A stretch of 64,000 bases of DNA from assembly GCA_003427395.1 (NCBI GenBank), contig BFEA01000002.1:3391309-3455308 (forward strand), in the 5' to 3' direction. Source of the DNA: Chara braunii. Taxonomy: Eukaryota > Plantae > Charophyceae. The notes beneath the pieces are model-generated. The model ran no database searches. It was not told where the DNA came from and saw only the letters and a program-made list of their open reading frames with translations. The translations under genes were made by a program, and so were the position numbers. Each line of letters opens with the position of its first letter. The stretch's first letter is position 1. Shown here one piece after another: positions 13,801-26,331 of the stretch.

Positions 13801-15610
13801 CTGTATGTTTCTGTCCTGCATGAATCCAGTCTGGGAGGGGTGAATGATGTCCTCCAGTACCGGGATCATTCTGTTGGCTAAAGCCTTAGCTAGCATTTTT
13901 TAGACAATGGTGAGTAACGTAATCAGGCGGTAATTCCTGATGTTTAATTTGTCCCCTTTTTTATATAGTAAGGATAACGCCCCTTGCCCTACCAACTCCC
14001 CCATCTTCGCCTCTTTCCAAACTTCGTTGTAGTACTCCATCAGATCTGCACTCATAAAATCCCACGAGGTTTCCCAAAACTCTTTAGGGAGACCGTCCAT
14101 TCCGAGCATTTTTTCTTCCTTCATCTGTAAGAGTGCAGTCCATATTTCTTGTTTGGAGAGGGTGGCTTCTAATTGATCTCGTTGTTCCTGGGAGAGTCTT
14201 CTTTCCATAGGTTGTAGGAAGTCGTCGATCATTCTGTGACGTGTGCCCTTGTCCACAATGTCAATGTGGGATGAGAATAGATCTTTGAAGAAATCCCGTG
14301 TGATCTTCATGCAACGGACTGTTGTTAATGCTGGCGTCCCCTCTGGTTCATCTGGATCATATAAGGCTTCGACCGTAGCGCGTTTTATCTGTACTTTCGC
14401 TAGATTGAAAAAGTGGGAATCCATCATTCCTTCGGTCGTGTGTTTTGTCAGTCTGCCTCGCATTCTGGTTCCTTGCCATCTGTATAACGCATGTTGTGAC
14501 AGTTGTGTTTGGAGGTTCTTGATTTGGTGTTGAAGTGCAGGGTCTCGTTGTTCCTGTGCATCCGAATTTTCTTGTTGTTCCAGATCGCAAAGTTGCTGCA
14601 TAATTTTGAATTCTTGTTGAAAGCGTTGTGTGGCTACATATTTGGAAAATTCCTTGCATTTTCTGGTAATGAAGAAGAGGCCATTGTTAAACCAGGTGAT
14701 TTGAGAATTCAGCTCCGGCCTCCTCTCCTTCCAATACTGCCAACTTTGGGCTATGTAGTTTCGAAAGGAGTGGAGTTGAAGAAGTGAGGTATTAAGCCCG
14801 GCCCCTTATCCGATCGCATGAGAAAGGTGAACACGGCTATGCACATTTTGTGGTCCAGGCCAGAAAAGGGGCTGAGGGGTAGGATTGCTGGTACTGTTAA
14901 CCCTCCTGTCAGTTCTTATGAGGCGCGAATCAAGTCAATTCGTGATTTAGATAGTCTCTCGGGACTGTTATCTCTGATACAGGTGAAGTTCCTCTCAGTG
15001 GGGTGCGCCATTCTAAAGGTGTCGAAGACTGCCAAAGATTCGCATAGTTCGGTTAAGACTCCTTCGTCCTCTTCCACGTTGTGTACTGTGGAGGGGGTAA
15101 TCTTCCATCGGTCGAGCCACCGAGCTGGGGCGGCGTTGAAGTCTCCGGCTAGAATTATGGGGATGCCCGGTGGAGGGATCTGTTTGATTTTTTCAAAAAA
15201 GATCCTTCTTTCTCTTATGGAGTTGGGTGCATATATCATCAGGACACATATCATTTCCAATTCTAATGTGCCTAGCACCATAGCCCACCTCCCTTCCACC
15301 TTATCTGTCTCCCAATAGACGGCCTCAAAACGTGAGTCTGGCGGTATCCAGATTGCCACTCCCGCGTGTCCGGCACTCGGGGCATGTGCCTTGAACGTTT
15401 TGAAGGGCCAGGCGTGGCTGTGCTCTCTCTGATGTTCGGGTGTGTCCATTAGGTGGGTTTCCTGCACACAAACCACATCTGGCCCTGCAACGCGGCAAAT
15501 ATACACCCGCCATAGTTTTCGTATTTTTCACATTTGGTGAGTGGTGCGGCGATACCCCTGGTCTTCCCCGGTTTTGACGCCGCAGCAGCTTGGCAATCCT
15601 GACCTTCACT
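10850..15610 (-). mobile_element. Degenerate L1/Tx1-type non-LTR retrotransposon (ORF2: APE endonuclease, RT, C-terminal region)
   Basis: APE motifs VQETH, IYAPN, GDFN and SRIDLI (14916-15506). RT motifs SQTGF, DFEKAYD and FADD (13270-14601). C-terminal fragments at 11397-13090. Several stops and frameshifts; no ORF1 is visible. Confidence 0.9.
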
Positions 15611-16753
15611 TCCGTCTAGGAGGAACGAGAGGAGAATGATCGTCTGGCGAGGGGGTGCAATAAATCACTGGCGTTGCTTCAGGCGCGCTGACATCAAATT
15701 AGGGTCTCCACGTGGCACCCATCCCTAGCTCTTGGCCTCTCGATGACACTGACTGCGGCCTGGAAATCGAAGAGCGGCGGCCACGAAGCAGCGCGCCAAA
15801 GCGAAAGGTTCGTAAAGGCCGGTCATGTACACACGCTCTCGGAGTTATGGCGGGTAACTAAGGGCCTATTCACACTAGGACTTCTTGGACTGAGCTCCGG
15901 ACGTGATTGCGGTCATGTGCCATGCAGGTGTGGCTGTAATTGCAGTCACATACATGTGGCATAGTTCTCGTGTGCGCGATCGAGGAGGGGTGCGTTCATT
16001 CATGTCCGCCTTATTCCTCAACCTACGGCCTCTTTTCATTGCGCGGAACGTTTTTTTCAACCCCCGGAGAACCCAACCGAAGCCACAGGAAAGATGCTCG
16101 AATCCGCTTGTCGTTCTGTCAAGCGAACACGTGTCAATCCGGCCGCGACTGCCACGTCATCATTTCATAAATTGATCAATCAATCGGTCGAATGATCGAC
16201 GGAACGAGGAGCGGCGGCGGCGGCAAGTTACGGCCTGAGATCCTTGTCGTTGCTTCGCGACATTATGGGGGGGCTTGACCCTGGGACCGCAGAGGGACCT
16301 TGTACGGGATGGAACTCGGGACAGACAGTTTTCCTGAGGACGCTGATGTCGCCTGCAGAGATGCTCTGTTGCACAGAAAATCTGTGACGGGGGTGGGCAG
16401 AGCAGGGATCGACGGTGATGATGTGCAGCTCATGTCATTGACTCGTACGAACTAAGAGAATGCGGTTCATGCCCGAACAGAGCGTCAACGACGGGCGGTG
16501 GAGAGGGAACTCGAAGGAGACCCAGGTGGTTTTCGGGTTCAGTCAATCCGTTCTCCACGTCCTCCACGTCCTCCTCCTCCTTCTCCTCCTCCTCTTCCTC
16601 CTTCCCACCCTTCTCCTTCTCGTTTTCGTTCTCCTCCTCCCCCTTCGCCCCCTTCTCCTTCCCTTCCTCCTCCCCCTTCGCCCCCTTCTCCTTCCCTTCC
16701 TCCCCCCTTCGTCATTCTAGCCGCTACGGCGTCTGCAAGGCCACGCGGCAAGG

Positions 16754-19700
16754 ATGATGACAAGACGTGGATCCCGCTCATCGGCGCGTGCACTAGGCCA
16801 GGCCGTTCGATGCACCGACAGTCTGCTTGGTGGCAAATTGTCGGCTGATCGGCTCCGCTCTGGCCGCAGAGAGAGTAGAGTTGATGCGTTGGAGATTCAT
16901 TCTCGAGCCCTGGCCAAGTTATGTGGTCGATCGGGATCGGATTTGGCGGGAATATCGGGGAATGCCGGAGCTTTAAGGGCAGGAGAGTCGTCCAGAGCTA
17001 CAGCTGCTGCTACTTCATCGCCAGCACCAGCCGTTGACACGTGTCTGCATACCGATTACCCTGGGGCTAGGATATCACGGAATGTTCCCGCGCAGTTCTG
17101 GGGGGGAAGAGCCAGAGGGCAGCAGCTTCTGGAGGGAGGGGATTGGCTCTCATATGGCTCCCTTTCAAATCATGCCGCTCCGGCTGCCCCCGTCGCCCCC
17201 GCCTCTGCGGGCGGAGCTTGCGGCGAGGCGGGCCCTTCTCTTCTACGACGCTGCGGTTATCCATTTAGGCGTAGGGTAAGTATCGACAGGAGAAGAGAGA
17301 GGATTGCTAAGGGCGTGCTTGGCAGCCTGAATGAGAGATGCGCTGAGGCCCATCAACTTTATTACAGTCCGATGGGTCTCGGCGATTGTAGTAATCATAA
17401 CAATAGTATTATGAATAATAATAATAATAATAATAATAGGGGGGTTTCAACGCAGAGGAAGGTCTTTTGGCCTTCATACCCGAGGAAAATTAACTCGCTA
17501 CAACGTCCATCCGCCGCCGGCGGGATAGCTGCTGTCATAACCCCCGCTATGATGGGGATTGACTTGCCTGTCCTCCATTGCTGCTCATCTTCTCGTCCTC
17601 GTTTGTCTGAAGGGTTTTACCCACTCGCCGAATGCGATCGGGAGCAGGCGGGAACCAATCAGGGAAGGTCTACTTTCATAGGGGGAAGGCTTGTCAGTAG
17701 CAGCAGTAGCATCTGTAGCCGCACGTTTGATCAGACATTTGATGTGCGGTTTATGTATAGAAGGACCAACTGGACTTTCCCATTCTGTGCTAGCGGCATT
17801 TCCTCTGACGGCGGTTTACCCAGATCGGTATCTCGATTTTTGACTGCATCGTTCTCCCAAGCCGAATCCTGCGTAGCGGCTTCGACGTACTCTTCTTCGT
17901 CTGCCCATGTTCAGAACGTCGAGGACTCGGCGATGGCGTCCGGCAGAGTTGTTGTAAATGATGCTGATAACCATCAAGAGAGCAATCTAGGGCTTGGCAT
18001 TGACAAACAAGCAAACGAAAAAGCGGAGGAAATGAGGAATAACACCTGCTCTTCTTCTTCTTTTTCTTCTTCTTTTCCTTCTTCTTCTTCTTCTTCTTCT
18101 TCTTCTTCTTCTTCTTCTACTACTTGTTCTTCGGTAGTTTCATCGTCCCCTCGCGCTTCTTTCAAGGATTCTCGTCCTGTACCTTTTCCTCCGGCGAATG
18201 TGAATGCACTCTTCACGCTGGCGAGAGCTAGGCAGTTTGATCAGATGTTGGTTATGCACGACCGACTGGTGGCCGAGGAAACAGGACAGCAGCAGGGAGG
18301 GAGGATGACGAAAGTAGGGGGGTTTGCAAGCCCCTTGTTCCAATCCGTGACGTACAAGAACCTGGTCGACGTGTGCGGATCCTTTCAAGGATCGCTCTAC
18401 GTGGTACCACTTTTTCGAAGAATGGTGGAGGCGGGAGTTATTCCGGACGTTGCCACGTATGGCGCGGCCGTCAAGGCGTGTGCGAGGATCATCAACGTGA
18501 CCCCTTTGACTGTAATTACGTCAAGAATCAGAAAAGGGCAGGAGAGGGTGAGGGTGATCAATCACGGCGAGCTGATAGATGGCAATGCCAAGCGAGCGGT
18601 GGCTGATGCCCTTCATCTCCTGTCTCATATGCGCACCTCCGGACCTCCTCGCAACTTCATCGTGTACCTGCCGTTACTTGGACCGTTATCGACCTTGGCA
18701 ATGACGAGCGAACTGACGGATGTGGTGCGTTGGATGGTCGAAGATCGGGTGGAGATGGAGGTGCAAACGGTATCCCGGCTGGTGGGCAGATCTCGAGTCG
18801 GGTCCATCGCTATGACGGCACTTGTATGGGGTTGGATCCGAGCTGGGCGCCCAGACAAGGCCCTGATAACGCTGCGGAATGCCATTTGTCAAGGCTGGGA
18901 CTTCAACAAAGCCGTCTACGAGTTGTTGATGGAACATTGCGTGAAAGCGGAAGTTTTCGACGGATTAGAGCAGGTGATTCCTCCCCTCCTTTGGGATGAG
19001 CGATGCATGGCGACGTTCTTCGGCGCGCTTGGTCAGCGGGCACTGACAGACGCAGCGGCTCGATACATGCTCGTTCTCAAGAACCATCTTGAGTCGAGAC
19101 CTGTCAGGAGGCGCAACAGCAGCAGCACCGATAATGATAGCAACAACGCTCCTCCTGGCGGCGGCGGCTGGTATCATCATCATCATACTCTTCCTGACGA
19201 TCAGCAGGAGGCAGGAGGAGCAAGAGGAGGGGAGGGGATCGTTCGGTCCGGGGGTTCAGGGAGAAGCACGACAGATTCGAAGCTTACGTACGCGATGAAC
19301 CTGTTCCTGACGGCCTTCGGCAAGAACCATTCTGTGGAAGAGATCAAGGAAGTAATGCAGCGATTGAAGGAGGAGACGGGGGCGGAGCCAAGCTCCGTGT
19401 CGTATAATATTATGATCAGCAGCGCCTGCCGGCATGGCAATATGATGAAAGCTCTCGATCTTGTCGACGAGGCCAAGCGCGCAGGGCTTAACCTAACCAC
19501 GCGAACGTTTAACTCCATTCTGGGTGGGTTTGCCAGAGCTAGATTGATCGACGAAGCCTTTGAGCTGTTGGGAGCGATGGAGAGATTAGGAGTGGTTCCT
19601 AACGTTGTCACCTACAGCACGCTTATCCATGCGTGTGCGACGTCGGACCAGGTGGAATCTGCGTACGCCGTTCTAGCGGAAATGGTCAAGAAAGGTGTGA

Positions 19701-21202
19701 CAAGGAACGTGTATAGTTACAATCCCCTGATCGCGGCATTTGGCGCCCGAGGTCAGTTGAATAGAGCACTGAGCGTGCTGAAGGACTTGAAGATGGATGG
19801 TGTGGAACCGAACGACGTCACGTACGCGTTGCTCATACGCGCGTGTGGAATCGTGAAGAATGTGGACAAGGCTTTTGAGATCTACCAGGAGATGATAGAT
19901 GCAGGGATCAAACCCTCAAGTAACGTGGATGCCACGTTGTTGACTGCGTGTTCGCGATCGGGGGAGACGAAGCGCGCGTTGGAGGTGTTTGAGGAGATGG
20001 AGAAACGGGGAGAGAATCCCGACAGAGTGGTCGGCAGTGCCTTGTTGCTCGCTCTTGCCGCACAGGGTATGCCGTACGAAGGCCTGGCGCTGTATAAGAA
20101 GATGAGGGCTAAAGATACTTGGCCTAAACCAGGGGCTGTCTCTCGTCTCATGGTCGAGTTAGGAAGGATTGGCGAGTTGGACGCCGTCTTCGAGATGTTC
20201 GAGGACATGAAAAACCCTAATTCTTCCCTAGATATTTCTCCTTACGACCGTGATGTTTACTATTACGGCCGCTGCACCATTCTCCTTACCGCGTGTATAC
20301 GGAATAGTCAGCTGGAGAAAGCGTTGGACTTTTTGAAATTGATTCCGACCGAAGGTCGACAGAACGAAGCTGTCATGTTCGATCAGCTGCTGGTCAATTG
20401 TTCTTCCGTCTCGAAAGATTCTGGCGGGGTTCGATGGCTAGACGTCGATGATGGATTTGCTGTTCTCGACGTGATGAAAACGTTGGGAGTCCGTCCTTCG
20501 CGGATTGGTCTCGAGGCGTTGATTGATTGCTGCCAGGGCATGGGAAATGCCGACAAAGCCGAAGAGGTTGGCAAAGTCATGGAGAAAGAAGGACTGCCAT
20601 TCACGGTCTTCACTCGCATTAGATTGCTCAATGCCTACGTGTCCGCAGGGGACAGCCAAAGAGCCATCGAGACGCTGAGGGGGATAGATGCAAACGATCT
20701 CCGGGACTACGATGTGCAGCTTCTCCTGCGGAAGATCATGCAGCCTTTCTTTGAAGCAGCTGCAGAGTCTCCAGAAAAAGCTGTGCAGGCGGACACTCTG
20801 CCGGAAGTCAGAACGTACGTTGAAGAGATGTTTACACGCGTGAAATCTTCTTATCGGAGGAGATCATCAGCCGACGATTACCGTCATCAACAGGCCGCAG
20901 AGGAGGAGGGAGGAGAAGGAGAGGAAGAAGGTGGTACAGGAGAACAAGAAGAAGGGAGGACTAAAATGTTGGAAGCGGAGAAATTTGCTGTTTCGGATGA
21001 TGTTGGGGAAGGTGGACACTTTCTGGACCTTGCTGACGTGTCGGACGTGCCTCCATTGGCGGGAGGGGTTTATCCTTACGGGGATCGGGGTCGCGATGGG
21101 GATGCCGCCGATGACGACGACAAGGCTGACACTACAGCGAGCAGAAGAGTGCGGGAACTACTAGCTTGGCAGCGTGATCCCGATCGCGACCTAAGTAATT
21201 GA
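16754..21202 (+). CDS. P-class pentatricopeptide repeat protein (1482 aa, intronless), probably organelle-targeted; C-terminus resembles Arabidopsis At4g04790/At4g21880-type PPRs
   Basis: Uninterrupted ORF with tandem 35-aa PPR motifs (VSYNIMISSAC, RTFNSILGGFA, VTYSTLIHACA, YSYNPLIAAFG, VTYALLIRACG). The C-terminal block LGVRPSRIGLEALIDCC...GLPFTVFTRIRLLNAYVSAGDS matches that family from memory. The true start may be further downstream. Confidence 0.9.
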   Translation: MMTRRGSRSSARALGQAVRCTDSLLGGKLSADRLRSGRRESRVDALEIHSRALAKLCGRSGSDLAGISGNAGALRAGESSRATAAATSSPAPAVDTCLHTDYPGARISRNVPAQFWGGRARGQQLLEGGDWLSYGSLSNHAAPAAPVAPASAGGACGEAGPSLLRRCGYPFRRRVSIDRRRERIAKGVLGSLNERCAEAHQLYYSPMGLGDCSNHNNSIMNNNNNNNNRGVSTQRKVFWPSYPRKINSLQRPSAAGGIAAVITPAMMGIDLPVLHCCSSSRPRLSEGFYPLAECDREQAGTNQGRSTFIGGRLVSSSSSICSRTFDQTFDVRFMYRRTNWTFPFCASGISSDGGLPRSVSRFLTASFSQAESCVAASTYSSSSAHVQNVEDSAMASGRVVVNDADNHQESNLGLGIDKQANEKAEEMRNNTCSSSSFSSSFPSSSSSSSSSSSSSTTCSSVVSSSPRASFKDSRPVPFPPANVNALFTLARARQFDQMLVMHDRLVAEETGQQQGGRMTKVGGFASPLFQSVTYKNLVDVCGSFQGSLYVVPLFRRMVEAGVIPDVATYGAAVKACARIINVTPLTVITSRIRKGQERVRVINHGELIDGNAKRAVADALHLLSHMRTSGPPRNFIVYLPLLGPLSTLAMTSELTDVVRWMVEDRVEMEVQTVSRLVGRSRVGSIAMTALVWGWIRAGRPDKALITLRNAICQGWDFNKAVYELLMEHCVKAEVFDGLEQVIPPLLWDERCMATFFGALGQRALTDAAARYMLVLKNHLESRPVRRRNSSSTDNDSNNAPPGGGGWYHHHHTLPDDQQEAGGARGGEGIVRSGGSGRSTTDSKLTYAMNLFLTAFGKNHSVEEIKEVMQRLKEETGAEPSSVSYNIMISSACRHGNMMKALDLVDEAKRAGLNLTTRTFNSILGGFARARLIDEAFELLGAMERLGVVPNVVTYSTLIHACATSDQVESAYAVLAEMVKKGVTRNVYSYNPLIAAFGARGQLNRALSVLKDLKMDGVEPNDVTYALLIRACGIVKNVDKAFEIYQEMIDAGIKPSSNVDATLLTACSRSGETKRALEVFEEMEKRGENPDRVVGSALLLALAAQGMPYEGLALYKKMRAKDTWPKPGAVSRLMVELGRIGELDAVFEMFEDMKNPNSSLDISPYDRDVYYYGRCTILLTACIRNSQLEKALDFLKLIPTEGRQNEAVMFDQLLVNCSSVSKDSGGVRWLDVDDGFAVLDVMKTLGVRPSRIGLEALIDCCQGMGNADKAEEVGKVMEKEGLPFTVFTRIRLLNAYVSAGDSQRAIETLRGIDANDLRDYDVQLLLRKIMQPFFEAAAESPEKAVQADTLPEVRTYVEEMFTRVKSSYRRRSSADDYRHQQAAEEEGGEGEEEGGTGEQEEGRTKMLEAEKFAVSDDVGEGGHFLDLADVSDVPPLAGGVYPYGDRGRDGDAADDDDKADTTASRRVRELLAWQRDPDRDLSN

Positions 21203-21344
21203 TCTCATTTTTGAAGTTTTGTTAGCCGCTGTTGCAGAATGTAGCAGGAGAAGGGGGAGGCTGGGGGAGGGGAGGGGGGGAGGGTATATCGTTACAGAAG
21301 AGATAGGGGGCTCGCGATCAGGTGGAGAAGAGTAGAGGAGTGCC

Positions 21345-21386
21345 GAAGTAGCTTTTTTCATTTGTTGATTTTGGTAGTAGCTAGCT

Positions 21387-21424
<38 letters not shown>

Positions 21425-21548
21425 GTTTCTCCCGAACGCGAGCTAGCTTTCTTTTTTGCTGTTGTTTGAAGTAGCTAGCTTTTTTTATATGTGGTTGTTG
21501 GAGATAGCTAGCTTTTTTTATTTGTCGTTGTTTGAAGTAGCTAGCTTG
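21345..21548. repeat. Short degenerate tandem repeat downstream of the PPR stop
   Basis: Repeated gtagctagct-T-tract-tgttgtttgaa units. Confidence 0.6.
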
Positions 21549-21855
21549 GTATCGAAATTTTCTTTTTTTCTGTAAGTTTGGTCAGCTTTGAACAATAGTG
21601 TAGGCATTTCGATGTCTTTTCCCTTTTTTTTTTGAAGGTTCTGTTTTTTTCCTGCGAATGGCACGAGCGCGGAACAGTGCAATGGACGGTGGCGGACGGT
21701 CGTACTTGGATCCTCGTCTGTATGGGGATGAACGAGATCTTCTGTGATGGAAATCGGTTTTCGGTGTTTGCTTCAGATCGTAGAGCTGAGCCGGCCGACA
21801 AAGCACACACCAAATTTGCTGTTTTGTGAGAAAAAGAGTCACTACGCTCACCACT

Positions 21856-21893
<38 letters not shown>

Positions 21894-23312
21894 ATGCAAC
21901 GAGGAAGCAAGGAGGAAGCAACAAGGAAAGGGCGCAAAATCACCCCCTATCTAAAACATGGGCAAAACAAAAATGCAACGGACGGATGAACAGTGGAATT
22001 GGAATTAAAAAATGAAAAGAAAGAAGTAAGCCTTTCTAGTCTAGAATGCGGCGGATTGGATTGGTCGACACCCCGGCCACGAAACTTCACGTGACGTTTC
22101 AGAAACAGGCCGGCGGGCGGTGGATATCAATCTCCATCCACGGTCTGTATGTGTCACGAAAGGCCGCACGAGATTGAAAACGCCAGCAAGTCATTGTAAA
22201 ACGTCTCTAGAAGGTCCCCACGCCTGGAGGCAAAAAAAAAAGGAGAGAGGTATATGGGCCTTGTTCCACACCACTTGAGTTCAAGAGGGAAGCGAAAAAT
22301 CATTCATCGTTCCACCCCCCCCCCCGGTTAGAGAGGTCCGCGTTGTTTTCACTTTTTTGTGTCCCAAGGGTTAGAGTGATCCGCTTTGTTTTCACTTTTC
22401 TGTGTCCCAAGGGTGCGCCCTTGAATCTCAAGGGCGACACAGGCAAAGGGGCTCGTTCGACACTCCTCGGGCGCGTAAAGTCCCCGAGGAATTGTTCGTT
22501 CCACTTATCCTNNNNNNNNNNNNNNNNNNNNNNNNNNNNNNNNNNNNNNNNNNNNNNNNNNNNNNNNNNNNNNNNNNNNNNNNNNNNNNNNNNNNNNNNN
22601 NNNNNNNNNNNNNNNNNNNNNNNNNNNNNNNNNNNNNNNNNNNNNNNNNNNNNNNNNNNNNNNNNNNNNNNNNNNNNNNNNNNNNNNNNNNNNNNNNNNN
22701 NNNNNNNNNNNNNNNNNNNNNNNNNNNNNNNNNNNNNNNNTTTTGCCCAAGGGACCTCACGAGGTCCCTTGGGCAAAAGGAATCCGCGTTTCACGGAGAG
22801 GAGCGGGCACACGCGTAGAGAGACGTTACAACCGAGAATCTGGATCGGGGTGACACCCTATTGGCTGATGGCCTTAAGCACATTTGTTTTTTTTTTTGTC
22901 CTTTTTTCTTTTTTGACATCGCTCCAAGGAAACGTCCTCGGGCGACGTCCCCGAGGACAGGTGGAACGAAGGGCCCAAATTTCCTTTTGACTAAAAGGAA
23001 TTTTTCCTCGGGCTCCGAGGACGCCCCAAGGAGTGTCGAACGAGCCCCAAAATCGCACTTGAACTCAGGTCACCTCCCGGAGGTACCTTGAGTTCAAGTG
23101 CCAGCGGATACCTCCAGCACTCCAAGTGGGGCCTTTTTTTTGCTCTTCTTTTTTCCCAGCAGGCGATCCTTGTCCAAGATTGGTCAAGCCATGGAGTTCC
23201 TTTTCAAGTGCAGGCTGGGGCTAGGTCCCACTTACACGAATTAAGCGATATTGACCGTAGATCGCAGAGATCAATGGCCAGAATCTCTTAAACCACCAGT
23301 ACTTGGCCCACA

Positions 23313-25965
23313 TGTGACGCGCAACCTCACGCCCGATGCCGTCTTCCATGCGGAGTGTTAGCTGTGCGGAAAAGAGGCCCAGAAAAACAGCAAGTTGGGG
23401 TGCGCCAAGGATTTTTGGAAATTGAGTGTGGGGACACAGACGGAACTGAAATCCCCCGTGTTGATCCGATGAAGCAAGTCGATTAGTTTCGCACGTCGCG
23501 GGCTGCGCGCGCGGACATGGCCCGAAAACAGAAGGATCCAAATTCAATTCAGAAAGTACTGTTGGGCTTCCCACCAGGCTACAGCCAGTCGTTTAGAACG
23601 GAAAGGCTCTGACAAGCTTCGCGTGTCTCGTTTTCGTATCAGATCTCGTCGTCGTTCACTGGTCAGTTCCGAATCCGACGTGGATGGTCTCAGCCAAGTG
23701 GCTCTTTCCTTATGCTCGTCCTCACTCCGTATTCGGTAGCGGAAGCGCTTCGCTTCGTAGCAATTGAAACGCTGGCACTCCGTGCACAGAGTGCGGGGCC
23801 AATGGGGCGCCACTGCCGTGCACGGAATGACGATCAACTCGTTAAACGACAACAATATAAATAGGGTGGAAAGTGCGTATCGATAATGACAAATCCGGCG
23901 TCTACGAACCCTGAACAACGGTTGGCCGGAGGGAAGTAATACTGTCCGCCGATTTGTGCGACGGCTTCTCGTACGTCCCACTCACATACACGTGTCCTTT
24001 CCTCACTGTAGGGAAATGGTCGCGTTGGGATGGGAGATACGGGAGGCATGCGCCCAATCGAAGGGTGTTTGTCAGTCCACATATCAATTAATCACATAAG
24101 AGCAAAAATCATTCATGCGATCCTCAATCTACCCTTCTCGACACACGAGGGAGCAGACACACATCAAATTGATCATGCATAGGGCTAAGGGACCGACCCG
24201 CGACTCAGTTCAATATAACGTTGGTTTCCGGTGCCTTGTTTCTCAAGGTCACCTGGTGGCGTGGCTGCTGATGTCGTGCCGCATAAAGCAGATGGCATGC
24301 GCAGTGCGTTCGGGACCATAGATCTAAACACTGTTATATTCTCGAACAAAATCCCGACGACACTCGTCTAATCAATCCGAAAGGTTCACGCGTCTCTATA
24401 CATGCATTCACTGTGGGAGGTGCGAAAATGAGACATTCACAGGAAAAGATGGATCGCATTGCACAGTACACACGCATCCATCGTTCACAAGACAAGTAGG
24501 CGGGGTCCTTGCGTAGGAGGATTACCCAGGAAACTAATGGAAGAGTTCCGGAAGAAGTTCTTTCACACAAAAACAGGAGGCCGACTTATTCCCATTCAAG
24601 AGAGGGACAATCGTTCAGACACATCGTCTTTCGAGAAGAGAGAAAGAGAGAGAGAGTCGAGGGAAAGAAAGTCCAAAATAGAAGATGGCAAGATCCAGGA
24701 AGAGAAAAGTTCGGTGTCACCGCCGTACACTCACGCGAAAGATAACAATCCGCAACAAAGGTGCATTCGCCGTTAATTCCAATATGGCCCCGGGCCAATC
24801 AACTCAACATCAATCCTCATACCCGTACCGACGATCCCGGCCGTCGCGAGCTAACTCCCACCACTGCGATCGTCACCCCGCTGTCGTAAACTCGACACGG
24901 TTCACCTAGATCCCATAGTCCATCGTGGCGATTCAGCGCGCAACCGGCCAGTCTATCGTCAGCCCGACAGGACTTTCCGAATCACTTTAAATACTCTGCC
25001 TAGCCACTGCTTCCCGGAAGCTGGCTTCAGAGTCGAGAACGTAAGAGAGATTTGCGGGCGCGCTTGCGGGTTTTATAGTTGCGAGAAAGGAGATAGAAGA
25101 GGGAGAGAACGACGGGAAGGCGGGGGTGTAGGAGGAGAAGGAGGAGAAGACTTTGAGAAGAGCGCTCCGAGAACGCCATGTTGATCCCTCGGAACTCAAG
25201 GTTCAACCAATCAGATTCGTCGTGCGATAGGAAGGTCCTATCGATCCGCGCACGTGATTGATGAGCGGGAGTTATCGGAGGATCGACTNGGAGTCGTACG
25301 CCAGACTCAGAGGGTGAGAAGAGAAAAGGCGNGAGAGGTGGCGCAAGACGGGTCCAAGATTCAGNCGATCAAGAAAGGNAAATGGGCGNGCAAAANAGCA
25401 AGACGGGGGAGGGGGAGAGANGGAGAAACAGTTANGGGGANAGAGAAAGAGGAGGGAGAAGGAAAGGGAGCGNGGGAGGGAGCGATGCGGGGGACAGAGA
25501 GGAGAAAGCTTCTGCATGCGTGGCGCCGTCAACAAAAAAAGAAAGAAAAAGGCACCGAAACAGTTACAGTTTGCTTNTATCCTAATTCAAAATTGAAATC
25601 ANCATATCCGTGCGCGAAAAAGTGACGCGGAAAAAATCCTACGCCTATTTATGTTCANGCGAAATTCCGAGAGTTTTCCCCNACGCGCCCAAGAACACTC
25701 ACACACCCAAAAAGGACACGTCGAAGTTCCGCTTATCCCGGAATTCCCAACCGCTGGGCCCAATTCCCAGTGTGCTCGCTAAGGCGCACGCAAATCCCCA
25801 TGTATTTCCCGACTTTGCAAAAAAGAAAAACAGAACTCAGCAGTCGAAAAAGGGAAAATGCGGCACCCGAAAGCAAGAAATCAAAAACGGGTTTTTCCTG
25901 GGGTTGGTAATAAGCAAAAGAAAGGGTACGAAAGGTGGCACGGGGTCGTGAAGTGGTTCGTCACA
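23313..25965 (-). repeat. 3' LTR
   Basis: Direct repeat of 34137-36800, plus 9 extra terminal bases at 23313-23321. Confidence 0.95.
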
Positions 25966-26331
25966 TATGTGACGCGTAGGGGGTTCCAAAATTATACGAT
26001 CTCCTGTTTGCATGTCATGGCGAAAAGAAACAGAGTGATGCATGAGGAACCAAACGTATCATCAGAGCAGAAAGAAGTACAAGGAACGATAACTGGGCCG
26101 TGGATGAGATGGCGACAACATCCGTGACAAGATCCCTGTAGCCCTGTCATATGCAACCCTTTGCCTCGTGGAGATCGTCCAGGTGACGCCATCATGGTCC
26201 TCCTGATCCCCGTGTACTCCGCACCCCTGCTCGTTGCCGTCCGTCGAATCAGCGCGTAGGTTGACGTCATCATTGATGGAGTGATCTTCGCGAAGCTTAC
26301 TGATTCGTGCCGATGAAGAAGTGAATGGGAT

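Noticed and set aside
16498-16848. Extensin-like Pro-rich ORF
   Set aside because: Arises from a CT-rich low-complexity tract, has no ATG start and no signal peptide; probably 5' UTR.
25280-25700. Near-identity of the two LTRs as evidence of very recent insertion
   Set aside because: Both LTRs have N bases at identical positions, which suggests collapsed or consensus filling. The remaining LTR parts differ by several percent and pol is decayed.
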